A DNA stretch of 64,000 nucleotides. It comes from Nitrospinales bacterium (GTDB lineage: Bacteria > Nitrospinota > Nitrospinia > Nitrospinales > VA-1). Both the position numbers and the translations under genes were made by a program. The notes beneath the pieces are model-generated. The model saw only the letters and a program-made list of their open reading frames with translations. It was not told the DNA's origin and made no database searches. Shown here piece by piece: positions 21,625 to 31,800 of the stretch; positions within the stretch are counted from its first letter, which is position 1; each line of letters opens with the position of its first letter. The stretch lies in contig OZ253496.1 of NCBI GenBank assembly GCA_965262115.1, positions 2,176,001 through 2,240,000 on the forward strand. Reading direction: 5' to 3'.

Positions 21625-22515
21625 GTGAACATCCTGATGAATGGTGAAACGGAACCTGCCGCTAATACACTGGATTATTCAGTTATTAACAGCTATTGGA
21701 AGAAGGCAGATCCCTCTATCATGGGACCCTATATGATGGAAGGTTTTGGTTTTCCTGCCAGTGCCGGGCGTTTTCGTTTTCGCGCCGAGTCCATTATTGT
21801 CCAACAACTCATCCACAATGCCAAGGTCGATACTACTGGGGCCGTTCTTGATTTGGGAGGTGGTGTCGGATTTTGGGCGGAATTTTTTGCGCAGAAATTC
21901 AAGAAGGTCTTTGCTGTTGAAGCAAGTGCGCCACTATATGAGAGCATGGTGCAACGTTGTTCTTCCTACGACAACTTCACTCCCATCCATGACGATGTAT
22001 TATCTTTTGAACCAGAAAGTCGATGTTCCCTTATCTTCCTCGGTGGACTATTGATGTACCTCAATGAAAAAGATGTTGTCGCACTGCTACGGAAATTGAA
22101 GTCCTTTCTTACTCCGGGAGGTATCATCCTGTGCCGGGAAAGTACGATGCGGAATGGAACGGTCACACGAAATGGAGAATACCAAGCTGTCTACCGATCC
22201 GTCCCGACCTATCTCAGCCTGTTTAACAGCTGCGGTCTGAGAGTGACCCAAACCTGTTTAAACGTACCGTATGTTCTCCTGCAAATGGGTTGTGAATTGA
22301 TTAAGAAGTGGAAGGATAATGTGCCAGGAAATCTTCAAATGATACCTGCCGTGGGGCATCTGGCATACTGGGGTTTGCGTTTGGGCAATCCTTGGATAGC
22401 ACGTGTTCCTTCGGCAATGGGGATTGATTTCCCTGAACTGACAAACCATTTTTTTCTGATTCGCTCCGGTTCCCAACCGCACTCCAGCGGCAAGACGAGT
22501 CCCGTCAGTCTGTGA
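21625..22515 (+). CDS. Class I SAM methyltransferase, phosphoethanolamine N-methyltransferase-like
   Basis: VLDLGGGVG motif I; LIFLGGLLMYLNEKDV...PGGIILCRES resembles the PEAMT/PMT-1 signature. Confidence 0.75.
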   Translation: MNILMNGETEPAANTLDYSVINSYWKKADPSIMGPYMMEGFGFPASAGRFRFRAESIIVQQLIHNAKVDTTGAVLDLGGGVGFWAEFFAQKFKKVFAVEASAPLYESMVQRCSSYDNFTPIHDDVLSFEPESRCSLIFLGGLLMYLNEKDVVALLRKLKSFLTPGGIILCRESTMRNGTVTRNGEYQAVYRSVPTYLSLFNSCGLRVTQTCLNVPYVLLQMGCELIKKWKDNVPGNLQMIPAVGHLAYWGLRLGNPWIARVPSAMGIDFPELTNHFFLIRSGSQPHSSGKTSPVSL

Positions 22516-22613
22516 AGAGTTTCGTCACCCAGATGTTTGAACAGTTGCTGATTCTGATTATAAAGCAGTTGCCTTCAGGATGACCTGCGAGTTGCCTTAG
22601 AAGGACCCATTAA

Positions 22614-22642
22614 TTGACAGAGTGATGTAAAAAGGGGATAAT
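22614..22642 (+). promoter_or_regulatory. Putative sigma70 promoter of the ino1 operon
   Basis: TTGACA-N17-GATAAT. Confidence 0.6.
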
Positions 22643-22805
22643 GCTTGGTCGATCCTAAAATTTTGATCTCAAAAGATAAAAGGCAACTCGTTTAATCGAG
22701 ATTGATCTTCAAGAGCATTACCGATTGAAATAAGAAATCCCTGTTGAAAATCTAAAAAATGGATTCCTTTGTGTTTGGTTTTGTTCAAGGACACCTACGC
22801 TCGTT

Positions 22806-22851
22806 TCGACTTTATTAGTTATTTCTGGTCGACTTTATTAGTTATTTCTGG
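22806..22851. repeat. 23-bp perfect tandem duplication abutting the ino1 RBS
   Basis: TCGACTTTATTAGTTATTTCTGG twice, running into GGAGG. Confidence 0.9.
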
Positions 22852-22865
22852 AGGGTATTTTGCTG

Positions 22866-24050
22866 ATGGAAAAAATAAAAGTTGCTTTGATTGGTGTTGG
22901 TAACTGTGCCAGCTCTCTTATTCAGGGAATCTATTATTATAAAGATAAAGATCCTCAAGATATTATCGGCCTGATGCATCATGAAATTGGGGGGTACAAA
23001 CCAGAGGATATTCAGGTTGTGGCAGCCTTTGATATAGACAAGCGAAAGGTGGGAAGTGATGTCCATCAAGCCATTTTTGCCAAGCCGAATTGCGCTGTTG
23101 TTTTTTGTTCCGATATTCCGTTATCCGGGGTCAATGTGCAGATGGGTAAAATTTTGGACGGTTTCGCGGATCATATGAGCGATTATGATGCGGACAGCTC
23201 TTTTGTTTTGGCTGATAACCCTGAACCCACTAAGGAAGAGGTTGTACGGATTCTCAAGGAGTCAGGTGCGGAAATTCTCCTCAATTACCTTCCGGTAGGC
23301 TCCGAAGAAGCGACCCGGTTTTATGCGGACTGTGCGTTGGAGGCTAATGTTGCCTTTATCAACAATATACCGGTATTCATCGCAAGCGACCCTGTATGGG
23401 CCAAGCGTTTTGAGGAAAAAAATATTCCCATTGTCGGTGATGACATCAAATCACAGGTTGGGGCGACCATCACTCACCGGGTTCTGACCGACTTGTTCAA
23501 GAAGCGCGGTGTCAAGTTGGAACGAACCTACCAGCTCAATACCGGCGGCAACACCGATTTTCTCAACATGCTCAACCGCCATCGCCTGGCCTCGAAGAAA
23601 AAATCCAAAACGGAAGCGGTTCAATCCGTTACCGCCCATCGCTTGGCCGACAAAAACATCCATGTTGGTCCCAGCGATTATGTGCCTTGGCAAAAGGACA
23701 ACAAAATCTGCTTCATTCGAATGGAAGGCAAACTCTTCGGCGATGTGCCCATGAATATTGAGCTTAGGCTTTCCGTGGAGGACTCGCCTAATTCCGCTGG
23801 AGTTGTCATCGACTCTATCCGATGCACGAAATTGGCATTGAGCCGTGGTCAGGGTGGAGTTCTTTTTGCCCCATCAGCTTATTTCTGCAAGCATCCTCTC
23901 CACCAGTTCACTGATGATGAAGCCTTTCAAATGATTGAGAGGTTTATCGATGGCACCCAGCTTGTCCAGGATAATAACATCCTGCGCATAGAAGAGCCAA
24001 GGCTGGAGACATCTCTAGATTTGGTTGCAGAAAATCTAAACAAAAATTAA
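22866..24050 (+). CDS. ino1: L-myo-inositol-1(3)-phosphate synthase
   Basis: GVGNCASS, NYLPVGSE, GDDIKSQVGAT, GGNTDFLNM, SKKKSKT, DSPNSAG. Confidence 0.95.
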   Translation: MEKIKVALIGVGNCASSLIQGIYYYKDKDPQDIIGLMHHEIGGYKPEDIQVVAAFDIDKRKVGSDVHQAIFAKPNCAVVFCSDIPLSGVNVQMGKILDGFADHMSDYDADSSFVLADNPEPTKEEVVRILKESGAEILLNYLPVGSEEATRFYADCALEANVAFINNIPVFIASDPVWAKRFEEKNIPIVGDDIKSQVGATITHRVLTDLFKKRGVKLERTYQLNTGGNTDFLNMLNRHRLASKKKSKTEAVQSVTAHRLADKNIHVGPSDYVPWQKDNKICFIRMEGKLFGDVPMNIELRLSVEDSPNSAGVVIDSIRCTKLALSRGQGGVLFAPSAYFCKHPLHQFTDDEAFQMIERFIDGTQLVQDNNILRIEEPRLETSLDLVAENLNKN

Positions 24051-24056
24051 AGCCTA

Positions 24057-25379
24057 GTGAAGTGTCTAATTATTGCGGCAGGTAAAGGCCACCGCTTGTG
24101 GAGTAAGGGCGATAGCAAGCCCCTTGTCCCACTTTTTGGTATCCCTTTAATCGAGCGGGTTGTTCGTTGCGCCTATGAGGCTGGAGTGGACGACTTTTTT
24201 GTGGTCACTGGTTACCAGGGGGAGAGTGTTCGCTCTTTTCTTGGTATATTGGCCGACCGTCTTGATATTCGTATCACCTCAATCGTTAATGAGGATTGGG
24301 AAAAAGAAAATGGCCTTTCAGTGCTCAAGGCACGGGATTTCCTGAGCGAACCCTTTTTGTTGCTGATGGCGGATCACCTCTTTGATCCATCTATTGTCCG
24401 TAATTTGTTTGAGCAACCCTTAGCCAGAGGTGGAATGGTCTTAGGCGTGGATACAAACATGACCAATCCGCTGATTGATTTAGAGGATGTTACTCGAGTT
24501 AGGACCGAAGGCGGAAAGATCCGGAATATCGGCAAAAACCTGAAGGATTACAATGGATTTGATACGGGTTTATTCGTATGCGATCCCACAATTTTCGATG
24601 CATTAGAACGGTGTGCAGAAACCACTGGCGATACTTCATTATCTGGGGCGGTCCAGGAACTTGCCGACAATGGCTTGGCGAACGCAATTGACATAAACGG
24701 TCAGTTTTGGGTCGATGTAGATGATCCCAATGCTTTCCAGTGGGCGGAAAACGCGCTCTTGTTCAATATGCGAGGAAAGGTCAGCGATGGTCCCGTGGCT
24801 CGTTTTTTGAATCGGCCTTTATCGATTTGGGTTTCCCGTCGGCTGGTGAATTATTCGATTACCCCGAATCAGATTTCCCTTGTCTCGTTCTTGTTTTCAA
24901 TGCTGGCCGCAGGTCTGCTCGCCCTTGGCGATTATTTTTCCCTTTTCATGGGCGGTGTTCTCGCGCAATTCGCCTCGGTGATCGATGGTTGTGATGGTGA
25001 AGTGGCACGGCTTAAATTCCAAGCCAGTGAATATGGGAAATGGCTGGATGCCGTGTTGGACCGCTATGCCGATGCATTCCTTCTTTTTGGCCTCACCTGG
25101 CACGCTTATGGGGATAGGACGGAAGGACTTGTCCTGTTTGTCGGATTCATGGCGATCATTGGGTCATTTTTGTTGAGTTACACGGCAGACAAATACGACC
25201 ATCTTATGAGTCGCCAGATTCGCCAAGGCAAAGGGCTCCGAATGGGCCGGGATATTCGTGTCTTTATCCTATTTCTCGGCGCTGTATTCCATATACCTTT
25301 TTGGTCGCTGCTGCTGATCGCCGTGATGATGAACCTTGAAACCATACGCAGAATCATCGTTTGCCGAAATTATGAATAG
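24057..25379 (+). CDS. Bifunctional CTP:inositol-1-phosphate cytidylyltransferase / di-myo-inositol-phosphate-phosphate synthase (IPCT/DIPPS)
   Basis: N-terminal NTP transferase (IIAAGKG.RL, KPL, ENGLS, MADH, DTG, WVDVD) fused to a CDP-alcohol phosphotransferase (NRPLS, TPNQIS, DGCDGEVAR...G.WLDAVLDRYAD); follows ino1. Confidence 0.88.
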   Translation: MKCLIIAAGKGHRLWSKGDSKPLVPLFGIPLIERVVRCAYEAGVDDFFVVTGYQGESVRSFLGILADRLDIRITSIVNEDWEKENGLSVLKARDFLSEPFLLLMADHLFDPSIVRNLFEQPLARGGMVLGVDTNMTNPLIDLEDVTRVRTEGGKIRNIGKNLKDYNGFDTGLFVCDPTIFDALERCAETTGDTSLSGAVQELADNGLANAIDINGQFWVDVDDPNAFQWAENALLFNMRGKVSDGPVARFLNRPLSIWVSRRLVNYSITPNQISLVSFLFSMLAAGLLALGDYFSLFMGGVLAQFASVIDGCDGEVARLKFQASEYGKWLDAVLDRYADAFLLFGLTWHAYGDRTEGLVLFVGFMAIIGSFLLSYTADKYDHLMSRQIRQGKGLRMGRDIRVFILFLGAVFHIPFWSLLLIAVMMNLETIRRIIVCRNYE

Positions 25380-25959
25380 CATCGAATATGCAAAAGGGAG
25401 AATCAAGGAAGTCATCGCCGTCTCCAAAGTTCCGGAAGATCCCGGCCATGCCGATAACACGCTTGCATGGCTTTTTAAATTGGACCCCAAAACCGATCCA
25501 GCCATGCAGATTGCCGCGCTCGCCCATGATATTGACAGGGCGGTGGAGGCGCAAAAAGTCCGCCGTTCCGATTTTGACGATTATGATGTCTTCAAAGCTG
25601 CGCATGCCCAAAACGGGGCGAAGATTCTGCGGGAAATTCTGCATGATTGCCAAGTTACAAAAGACATTACCGATGAAGCTTGCCGTCTTGTAAAGCTTCA
25701 TGAAGTAGGTGGAGATTCCCGTTCTGACCTTTTAAAGGATGTCGATAGTATTTCCTATTTTGATGTGAATATGCCTTTATACTTTCAACGCGAGGGTTGG
25801 GATGAAACGAAACGCCGATGTGTTTGGGGCTATCGGCGCCTTTCTTCACAGGGAAAAGAGATAGTCAAAGGCATCACTTATGAAAAACAGGCTCTGACGA
25901 GATTGTTAAATGAGGCCATTGGGCAGGCTGAAGAAAAACATGTTTTAGATATAATCTGA
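25372..25959 (+). CDS. HD-domain (DUF4202-like) putative phosphohydrolase
   Basis: H..NT, ALAHDIDRA, H...G, HE, LKDVDSISYF; start overlaps the upstream stop (ATGAATAG). Confidence 0.7.
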   Translation: MNSIEYAKGRIKEVIAVSKVPEDPGHADNTLAWLFKLDPKTDPAMQIAALAHDIDRAVEAQKVRRSDFDDYDVFKAAHAQNGAKILREILHDCQVTKDITDEACRLVKLHEVGGDSRSDLLKDVDSISYFDVNMPLYFQREGWDETKRRCVWGYRRLSSQGKEIVKGITYEKQALTRLLNEAIGQAEEKHVLDII

Positions 25960-25969
25960 ATTGCAGATT

Positions 25970-26614
25970 ATGATATACAAAAATCTACCCAATATTGTTT
26001 CCCTACTCGGAGTTCTTCCACTCTCAATCCTCTTTTTTAAAGACGGGTTTCAATATTTGATTCCCTTGATTATCTACAACAACATCATGGATGATCTCGA
26101 TGGTATACTTGCCATCAAGCTGAATCTCAAGAGTGATTTTGGCGCAGCGTTGGACAATGTTTGCGATGCTGTTGCTCATATAATTATTGTCATGGCACTT
26201 GGCATTCACTACGGGTTTGCCTTTAGCATAGTCAGCCTTGTGGCGGTGACCGCAATCTTACTGCGTGTTACCTCTCGATTAACGTCTGCTGAAACGATCA
26301 GCGCGGGATCGCCCACCAACGAATTGATGCGGCACCTGCTCTTGGTACTCCTGACAGCAAAGTATTTTGAAATTGCCCCAGAACCATTCTTGATTGCAGT
26401 AATGCTTTTGAACTCCATTTCTATGCTTTCGCCCTTTCCCATGCCCTACTTGATAAGGACTTTGACTAAATCAGCCGCAGCGATTGGGTTTGTCAATGTC
26501 GCGTTGTTGGTGGCGTGGCTCATTCCCATTGCCGCACCGGTCATTGCTTTCGGTTTCTTCGCCACCCATCTGTATTCTCTCGTCCGGCCAAACGACCGGT
26601 GGCTATTGCAATAG
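25970..26614 (+). CDS. CDP-alcohol phosphotransferase family membrane protein
   Basis: DDLDGILA...G..LDNVCD matches DxxDGxxA...GxxxDxxxD; multiple TM segments. Confidence 0.85.
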   Translation: MIYKNLPNIVSLLGVLPLSILFFKDGFQYLIPLIIYNNIMDDLDGILAIKLNLKSDFGAALDNVCDAVAHIIIVMALGIHYGFAFSIVSLVAVTAILLRVTSRLTSAETISAGSPTNELMRHLLLVLLTAKYFEIAPEPFLIAVMLLNSISMLSPFPMPYLIRTLTKSAAAIGFVNVALLVAWLIPIAAPVIAFGFFATHLYSLVRPNDRWLLQ

Positions 26615-26647
26615 CTTATTCTGGCGAGCAAAAAGTTGTCCCGGCTT
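26584..26647 (+). repeat. Dispersed repeat overlapping a stop codon
   Basis: Core 26608-26647 is 33/40 identical to 28202-28241; similarity extends ~24 nt upstream. Confidence 0.85.
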
Positions 26648-26738
26648 GAGGAGCCCTTACCCTTTGGGTCCGGCGTCACGCTGGTCAGCTGAAAATACTA
26701 TTGTTTATTGAGTCTGGTGTCACGCTGGTGGTAATCTG

Positions 26739-28208
26739 ATGAGCATGAAATTATTAGCGCAATTTGTTTTTGTCTTGTGGGTGTTTTGTGGGTCGGTTTA
26801 TGCCCAGCCCTTATTCCAAGGCACCGGTGAGCGGGAAGACTGGATGGGAACCTATTTTCAAGGCAAGAAGATGGGGTTTACCCGAGTGCAAATCCGCTGG
26901 ACTCCCAAATCTATTGAGGTGGACTCCAGGGTTTTTTTTCAGATTCGTTCCAAGTCCATCGACCAATCCACCACCATCAATCAAACGACACGGCTCAGTC
27001 CGGATTTCAAACTTCTGGGTTTTTCCCTCCTGCAGGAGATCACCGGGCACCGGCAACAAGTCGAAGGCAGGATGGAAGGCAATCGACTGACCTACCGGGT
27101 GAAGTCGCGAGGGTTCGACAAGGAGGAGTCCATCGATCTCCCGCCCGGGGCGCTTCCTTCATCGACCTTTCTTTTAAACTTGATGGTGAACGGATTTAAA
27201 GTGGGACAAAAAGGAACCCTGCCTTTGTTTCTGGAGCCGTTCCAAATGATGGTGGATCTAGAGTATGAAGTTCTGCGCCGGGAAACTCTAGAGTACGAGG
27301 GCAAGCCCGTCAAAACTTTTGCGATCAAACAAAAATTCAGCGGCATCGAAACCATCTTGTGGGTGGCCGACGATGGTTCGGTGATTAAAGAAACCACCAA
27401 CCAGGGTTTTGAATCGTTCAGAGAATCTGCCGAAGTTGCGCAGCAACTCGATGAACCGTTGACGGTCAGTAGCCTGATCACCATGAGTCTGGTCAAGCCC
27501 GGTAAGCCGATCGACCGGTCAGACCGGGTGAGGGAAATCATCTTTCACCTTAAGCCGCTCCGTTCGCCCGACCTTGTCCCGCAAGATCATCGGCAAAAAA
27601 TTCTCGAAACAGAACTCCTGCCGAATGGATTTTATCGTGCTACGCTGGAAGTTAAAACTGAACCGGAAACAATCGCCAACCACTCAAGCTGGCCGAAAGA
27701 GTTGTCACAGGATAAAAAGTATCTAGAAGACTCGGCCGAGGTGCAGTCCCGTCACCCCATGATCCGGGCCCTGGCCAGGGAACTTGCCGCAGACACACAA
27801 AATGACTGGCAGGTGGCGCAAGACATCAACCGTTGGGTGCACAACAATTTGGAAAAAGAATTGGTGGACACGGTAACGGCATTGGATGCTTTGTATGAAA
27901 GGCGAGGTGAGTGCCAGTCGCACACTTACCTGTTCACGGCAGTGGCCCGTGCGGTGGGCATCCCCACCCGCATCGTGAACGGACTGGTGTATTCGAAAGA
28001 GTATGAGGGATTTCTTTATCATGCCTGGCCCGAAGTTTATGTGGGCGAGTGGCGGGCTCTCGACCCGACTTTTGGCCAGGACGTGGTGGACGCCACCCAC
28101 ATCAAACTGACTGAAGGAACCAGGGAAGGCTCGTTCCGCCTGATAGAGTTTGTCGGCAAGGTGGAAATCGATTGGTCTCCGGCCAGCGGTCGGCGGCTAC
28201 TGCAATAG
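26739..28208 (+). CDS. Secreted transglutaminase-like domain protein
   Basis: Signal peptide; GECQSH, HAWPEVY and LDPT (Cys-His-Asp triad). Confidence 0.88.
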   Translation: MSMKLLAQFVFVLWVFCGSVYAQPLFQGTGEREDWMGTYFQGKKMGFTRVQIRWTPKSIEVDSRVFFQIRSKSIDQSTTINQTTRLSPDFKLLGFSLLQEITGHRQQVEGRMEGNRLTYRVKSRGFDKEESIDLPPGALPSSTFLLNLMVNGFKVGQKGTLPLFLEPFQMMVDLEYEVLRRETLEYEGKPVKTFAIKQKFSGIETILWVADDGSVIKETTNQGFESFRESAEVAQQLDEPLTVSSLITMSLVKPGKPIDRSDRVREIIFHLKPLRSPDLVPQDHRQKILETELLPNGFYRATLEVKTEPETIANHSSWPKELSQDKKYLEDSAEVQSRHPMIRALARELAADTQNDWQVAQDINRWVHNNLEKELVDTVTALDALYERRGECQSHTYLFTAVARAVGIPTRIVNGLVYSKEYEGFLYHAWPEVYVGEWRALDPTFGQDVVDATHIKLTEGTREGSFRLIEFVGKVEIDWSPASGRRLLQ

Positions 28209-28241
28209 TTCTATCTGGCGAGCAAAGAGTTGTTGCGGCTT
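28179..28241 (+). repeat. Dispersed repeat overlapping a stop codon
   Basis: Near-copy of 26584-26647. Confidence 0.85.
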
Positions 28242-28266
28242 AAAAAGGTTTTGCTCCCCCTTAACA

Positions 28267-28432
28267 GGGACCTTTGCATAACCCCGAGATTCTTCGAGAT
28301 ACCCCTACGGGGCAAGAATTCAAAGGTCAAATATCACTAGCTCAGCATGACAATCTTGGTATTTTTGTGATGTCATCCTGAGTTCATCGAAGGATTTTGC
28401 TTTTCTGTTTTATTGACTTACGCAAAGATCTC
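28267..28432. mobile_element. MITE-like element, 166 bp
   Basis: Ends GGGACCTTTGCATAA / TTACGCAAAGATCTC match the element at 35178-35467; internal REP-like doublet. Confidence 0.7.
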
Positions 28433-28655
28433 TTTAAAAAAGAGGGGTCCATTGCAGTTCCCCCGCGTTATATCTTCCGTTAGTTCGCAGAAAATTCCCA
28501 GCCTCTTAAAAGTCAGTAGTAAAAATTAATTTTTTTATTTATTGCGGCATTTATTTTTTGCTTTTTATTCGTCTATAGTTGGGGTAGGGAAGGGGCACGA
28601 AACCGTTATGTTTTGTGGCCTTGAAAGAAAGTTTTTCAGGCACTCTAGAATTTCG

Positions 28656-28708
28656 TTGACATACTACATCTTGTATAATATTTTGCTGAACAACACAAAA
28701 TATGGATA
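28656..28708 (+). promoter_or_regulatory. nrdJ promoter with two tandem NrdR boxes
   Basis: ATACTACATCTTGTAT (28661-28676) and ACACAAAATATGGATA (28693-28708) fit acaCwAtATaTwGtgt, 32 bp apart; TTGACA at 28656 with TATTTT 17 nt later. Confidence 0.8.
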
Positions 28709-28840
28709 TTTTGTGGTTTGAGGCACCCAAGAATTTTAAGGAAAAAGGGCAGTTAAGAGTTGTTGTTGTCCTTCGAACCTTTGACCCATAACTGATTCAA
28801 TTTGTTGGGGTTACATTTTTTTAGCGAAGTGGAGCGTTAT

Positions 28841-31800
28841 ATGCGAATCGATCGGGTATTTACCAAGGATCATCAGGACCCCTACGAAGGAATTGGCTTT
28901 ATAGAGCGAGTTTCTAAAATCATCAATGCCGATGGTTCTTTAGTTTCTGAAATCAAGAACGTTTTGGTGCCTGACACCTGGTCACAGGTGGCGGTGGATA
29001 TCATGGCGCAGAAATACTTCCGCAAGGCGGGAGTTCCGGCCCGGTTGAAAAAGAAGTTCGAACCCGGGCTGCCCGAATGGCTTTGCCCATCGGTACCGGA
29101 TGAAGAGGCGCTGAACCAGCTTCCTCAATCGGCGCAGTTCACCCACGAAACCACATCGCAGGAAGTTTTTCATCGACTGGCCGGATGCTGGACATATTGG
29201 GGCTGGAAAAATAATTGTTTCAGCAGTGAGAAAGACGCACGCAATTATTATGATGAGATGCGTTATATGTTGGCGCGGCAGTTGGCAGCACCCAATTCTC
29301 CGCAATGGTTCAACACTGGCATGAACTGGGCCTATGGCCTCGAAGGACCGGCGCAAGGACATTATTATTTCGACGAGGAAGCAGGCGGACTGCAAAAATC
29401 CAAAAACGCATATGAACGACCGCAACCACATGCCTGCTTCATTCTTTCTGTTAGTGATGATCTGGTGGGTGATGGCGGGATCATGGATCTGTGGCGGCAG
29501 GAAGCTCGGCTGTTCAAGTTCGGGTCTGGAACCGGGAGCAACTTCTCCAATCTTCGTGGAGATGGCGAGTCCCTTTCCGGTGGTGGAAAATCTTCCGGGC
29601 TGATGAGTTTCTTAAAGATCGGCGACCGGGCGGCGGGAGCGATCAAATCTGGTGGAACCACCCGACGCGCGGCCAAGATGGTCACTCTTGACATGGACCA
29701 TCCTGACATTGAAGAGTTTGTTGAATGGAAGGTCCGAGAAGAGCGCAAGGTTGCTGCTCTGGCGGCGGGAAGCAAGATGACCCGTCGGTGCTTGAAAGAG
29801 ATCATCCGTGCTTGCTGGTCAAAGGATGAAGGGGAAGAAACCCGGTTTGATGTGCAGAAAAATAAAGCTTTGAAAAAAGCCGTCCGCAATGGATTGGATT
29901 GCTTCATCCCTGAAAACTATATTTATCGCGTTATCCAACTGGCCCGGCAAGGGGTCAAGGATATTGAGTTTGAAGAGTATGACACCAATTGGACTTCAGA
30001 AGGTTACCTGACTGTTTCAGGCCAGAACTCCAACAACTCGGTCCGACTCACCAATGAGTTTCTGCGCGCAGTGGAATGCGACGGAGACTGGAACCTGATC
30101 CGCAGAACCGATGCAGGGATTGCCAGAATCCTACCTGCTAAAGATCTGTGGGAAAAGATCAACTACTCTGCCTGGTCCAGCGCTGATCCGGGACTGCAGT
30201 TTCACACGACGATCAACGAGTGGCATACCTGTCCGGAAGATGGGCCGATCCGTGCTTCCAATCCCTGCTCCGAATACATGTTCCTCGATGACACCGCCTG
30301 CAACCTCGCGTCCATCAACCTGATGCGTTTTTACGATGAGGAAAAGGGAGTGTTCGCCATAGAAAACTATCGGCATGCTTGCCGCATGTGGACTCTCACG
30401 CTGGAAATTTCGGTGATGATGGCGCAGTTCCCCAATCAGGCTATCGCCAAAAAGAGTTTTGAGTTCCGCACCATGGGTCTCGGTTATGCCAATTTTGGAG
30501 CCATGCTCATGGTAATGGGTATTCCTTATGACTCGGAAAGCGGTCGGGCCATCGCCGGCGCAATTTCCGCCATGACCACCGGAGCTTCTTATGCCATGTC
30601 GGCAGAAATGGCTGGAGAGTTGGGTCCCTTTGTGGGCTTTGAGAAGAACCGGGACGCCATGCTCCGGGTTCTGAAAAATCACCAGCGTGCCGCGCATAAT
30701 GCGGAAGTTCGTGAGTATGAGGGACTCACCGCATACCCGCAGGGTATTCAGGCGGAACATTGTCCAACCTATCTCCTCGACGCGGCCCAAAAAGAATGGG
30801 CGGATGCGCTGGACCTGGGCGGGAAGAACGGATTCCGCAATGCCCAGACCACTTGTATCGCGCCGACGGGTACGACCGGATTGCTGATGGATTGCGATAC
30901 CACAGGCATTGAGCCGGACTACGCTCTGATTAAATACAAGAAGCTGGCAGGCGGCGGTTATTTCAAGATCATCAATCAGTCGGTTCCTGGCGCGCTTCGC
31001 AGGCTGGGTTACAATCCCGATGAGATCAAGGACATTGTTGAATATTGCGTGGGTTCGGGGAGTCTGGAAACCGCTCCTTACATCAATCGGAATTCCCTGC
31101 GCAAAAAAGGGTTCACCGATGGAGTGCTCGATAATGTTCAGCTTGAATTACCAAAGGCTTTCGATATCAGTTTCGCGTTCAATAAATTTGTTCTGGGGGA
31201 ATCGTTCTGTAAGGAAGTGTTGAAGTTGACCGATGAGCAGTTGGACTCTATAACCTTAAATCTGCTGGAGCATCTGGGTTTTACCGATGAAGAAATCCAG
31301 TCGGCCAATGACAGCATTTGCGGAAGAATGACGGTTGAAGACGCTCCGCATCTGAAAGAGCGCCATTACTCTGTTTTCGATTGTGCCAACCAGTGCGGAA
31401 AATATGGTAAACGTTTTATTCGCCCCGAGGCACACATTCGCATTATGGCGGCGGCCCAGCCTTTTCTTTCCGGCGCAATATCCAAAACTATCAATATGCC
31501 CAACGATGCTACCATTGTCGATGTCGAACGGGCGCATATGCTGAGTTGGAAGCTGATGTTGAAGGGAACCGCTATCTATCGCGATGGCTCCAAACTCAGC
31601 CAGCCGCTAAACAGTGTGGCGACAGACAGCTTTAACCAACTGAAAATGGAAGAGGCTGCCCCGGCAATGCAGGCGGCCAAACAGATCATTGAAGTGGTGC
31701 GTGAACACAGGCGCAAAGTTCTGCCGCACCGCAGAAAAGGTTATACCCAGAAAGCCTCCATTGGCGGTCATAAGGTTTATCTCAGAACCGGTGAATACGA

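Noticed and set aside
28440..28840. Cobalamin riboswitch upstream of nrdJ
   Set aside because: No B12-box pattern seen; the region is AT-rich and explained by the promoter and NrdR boxes
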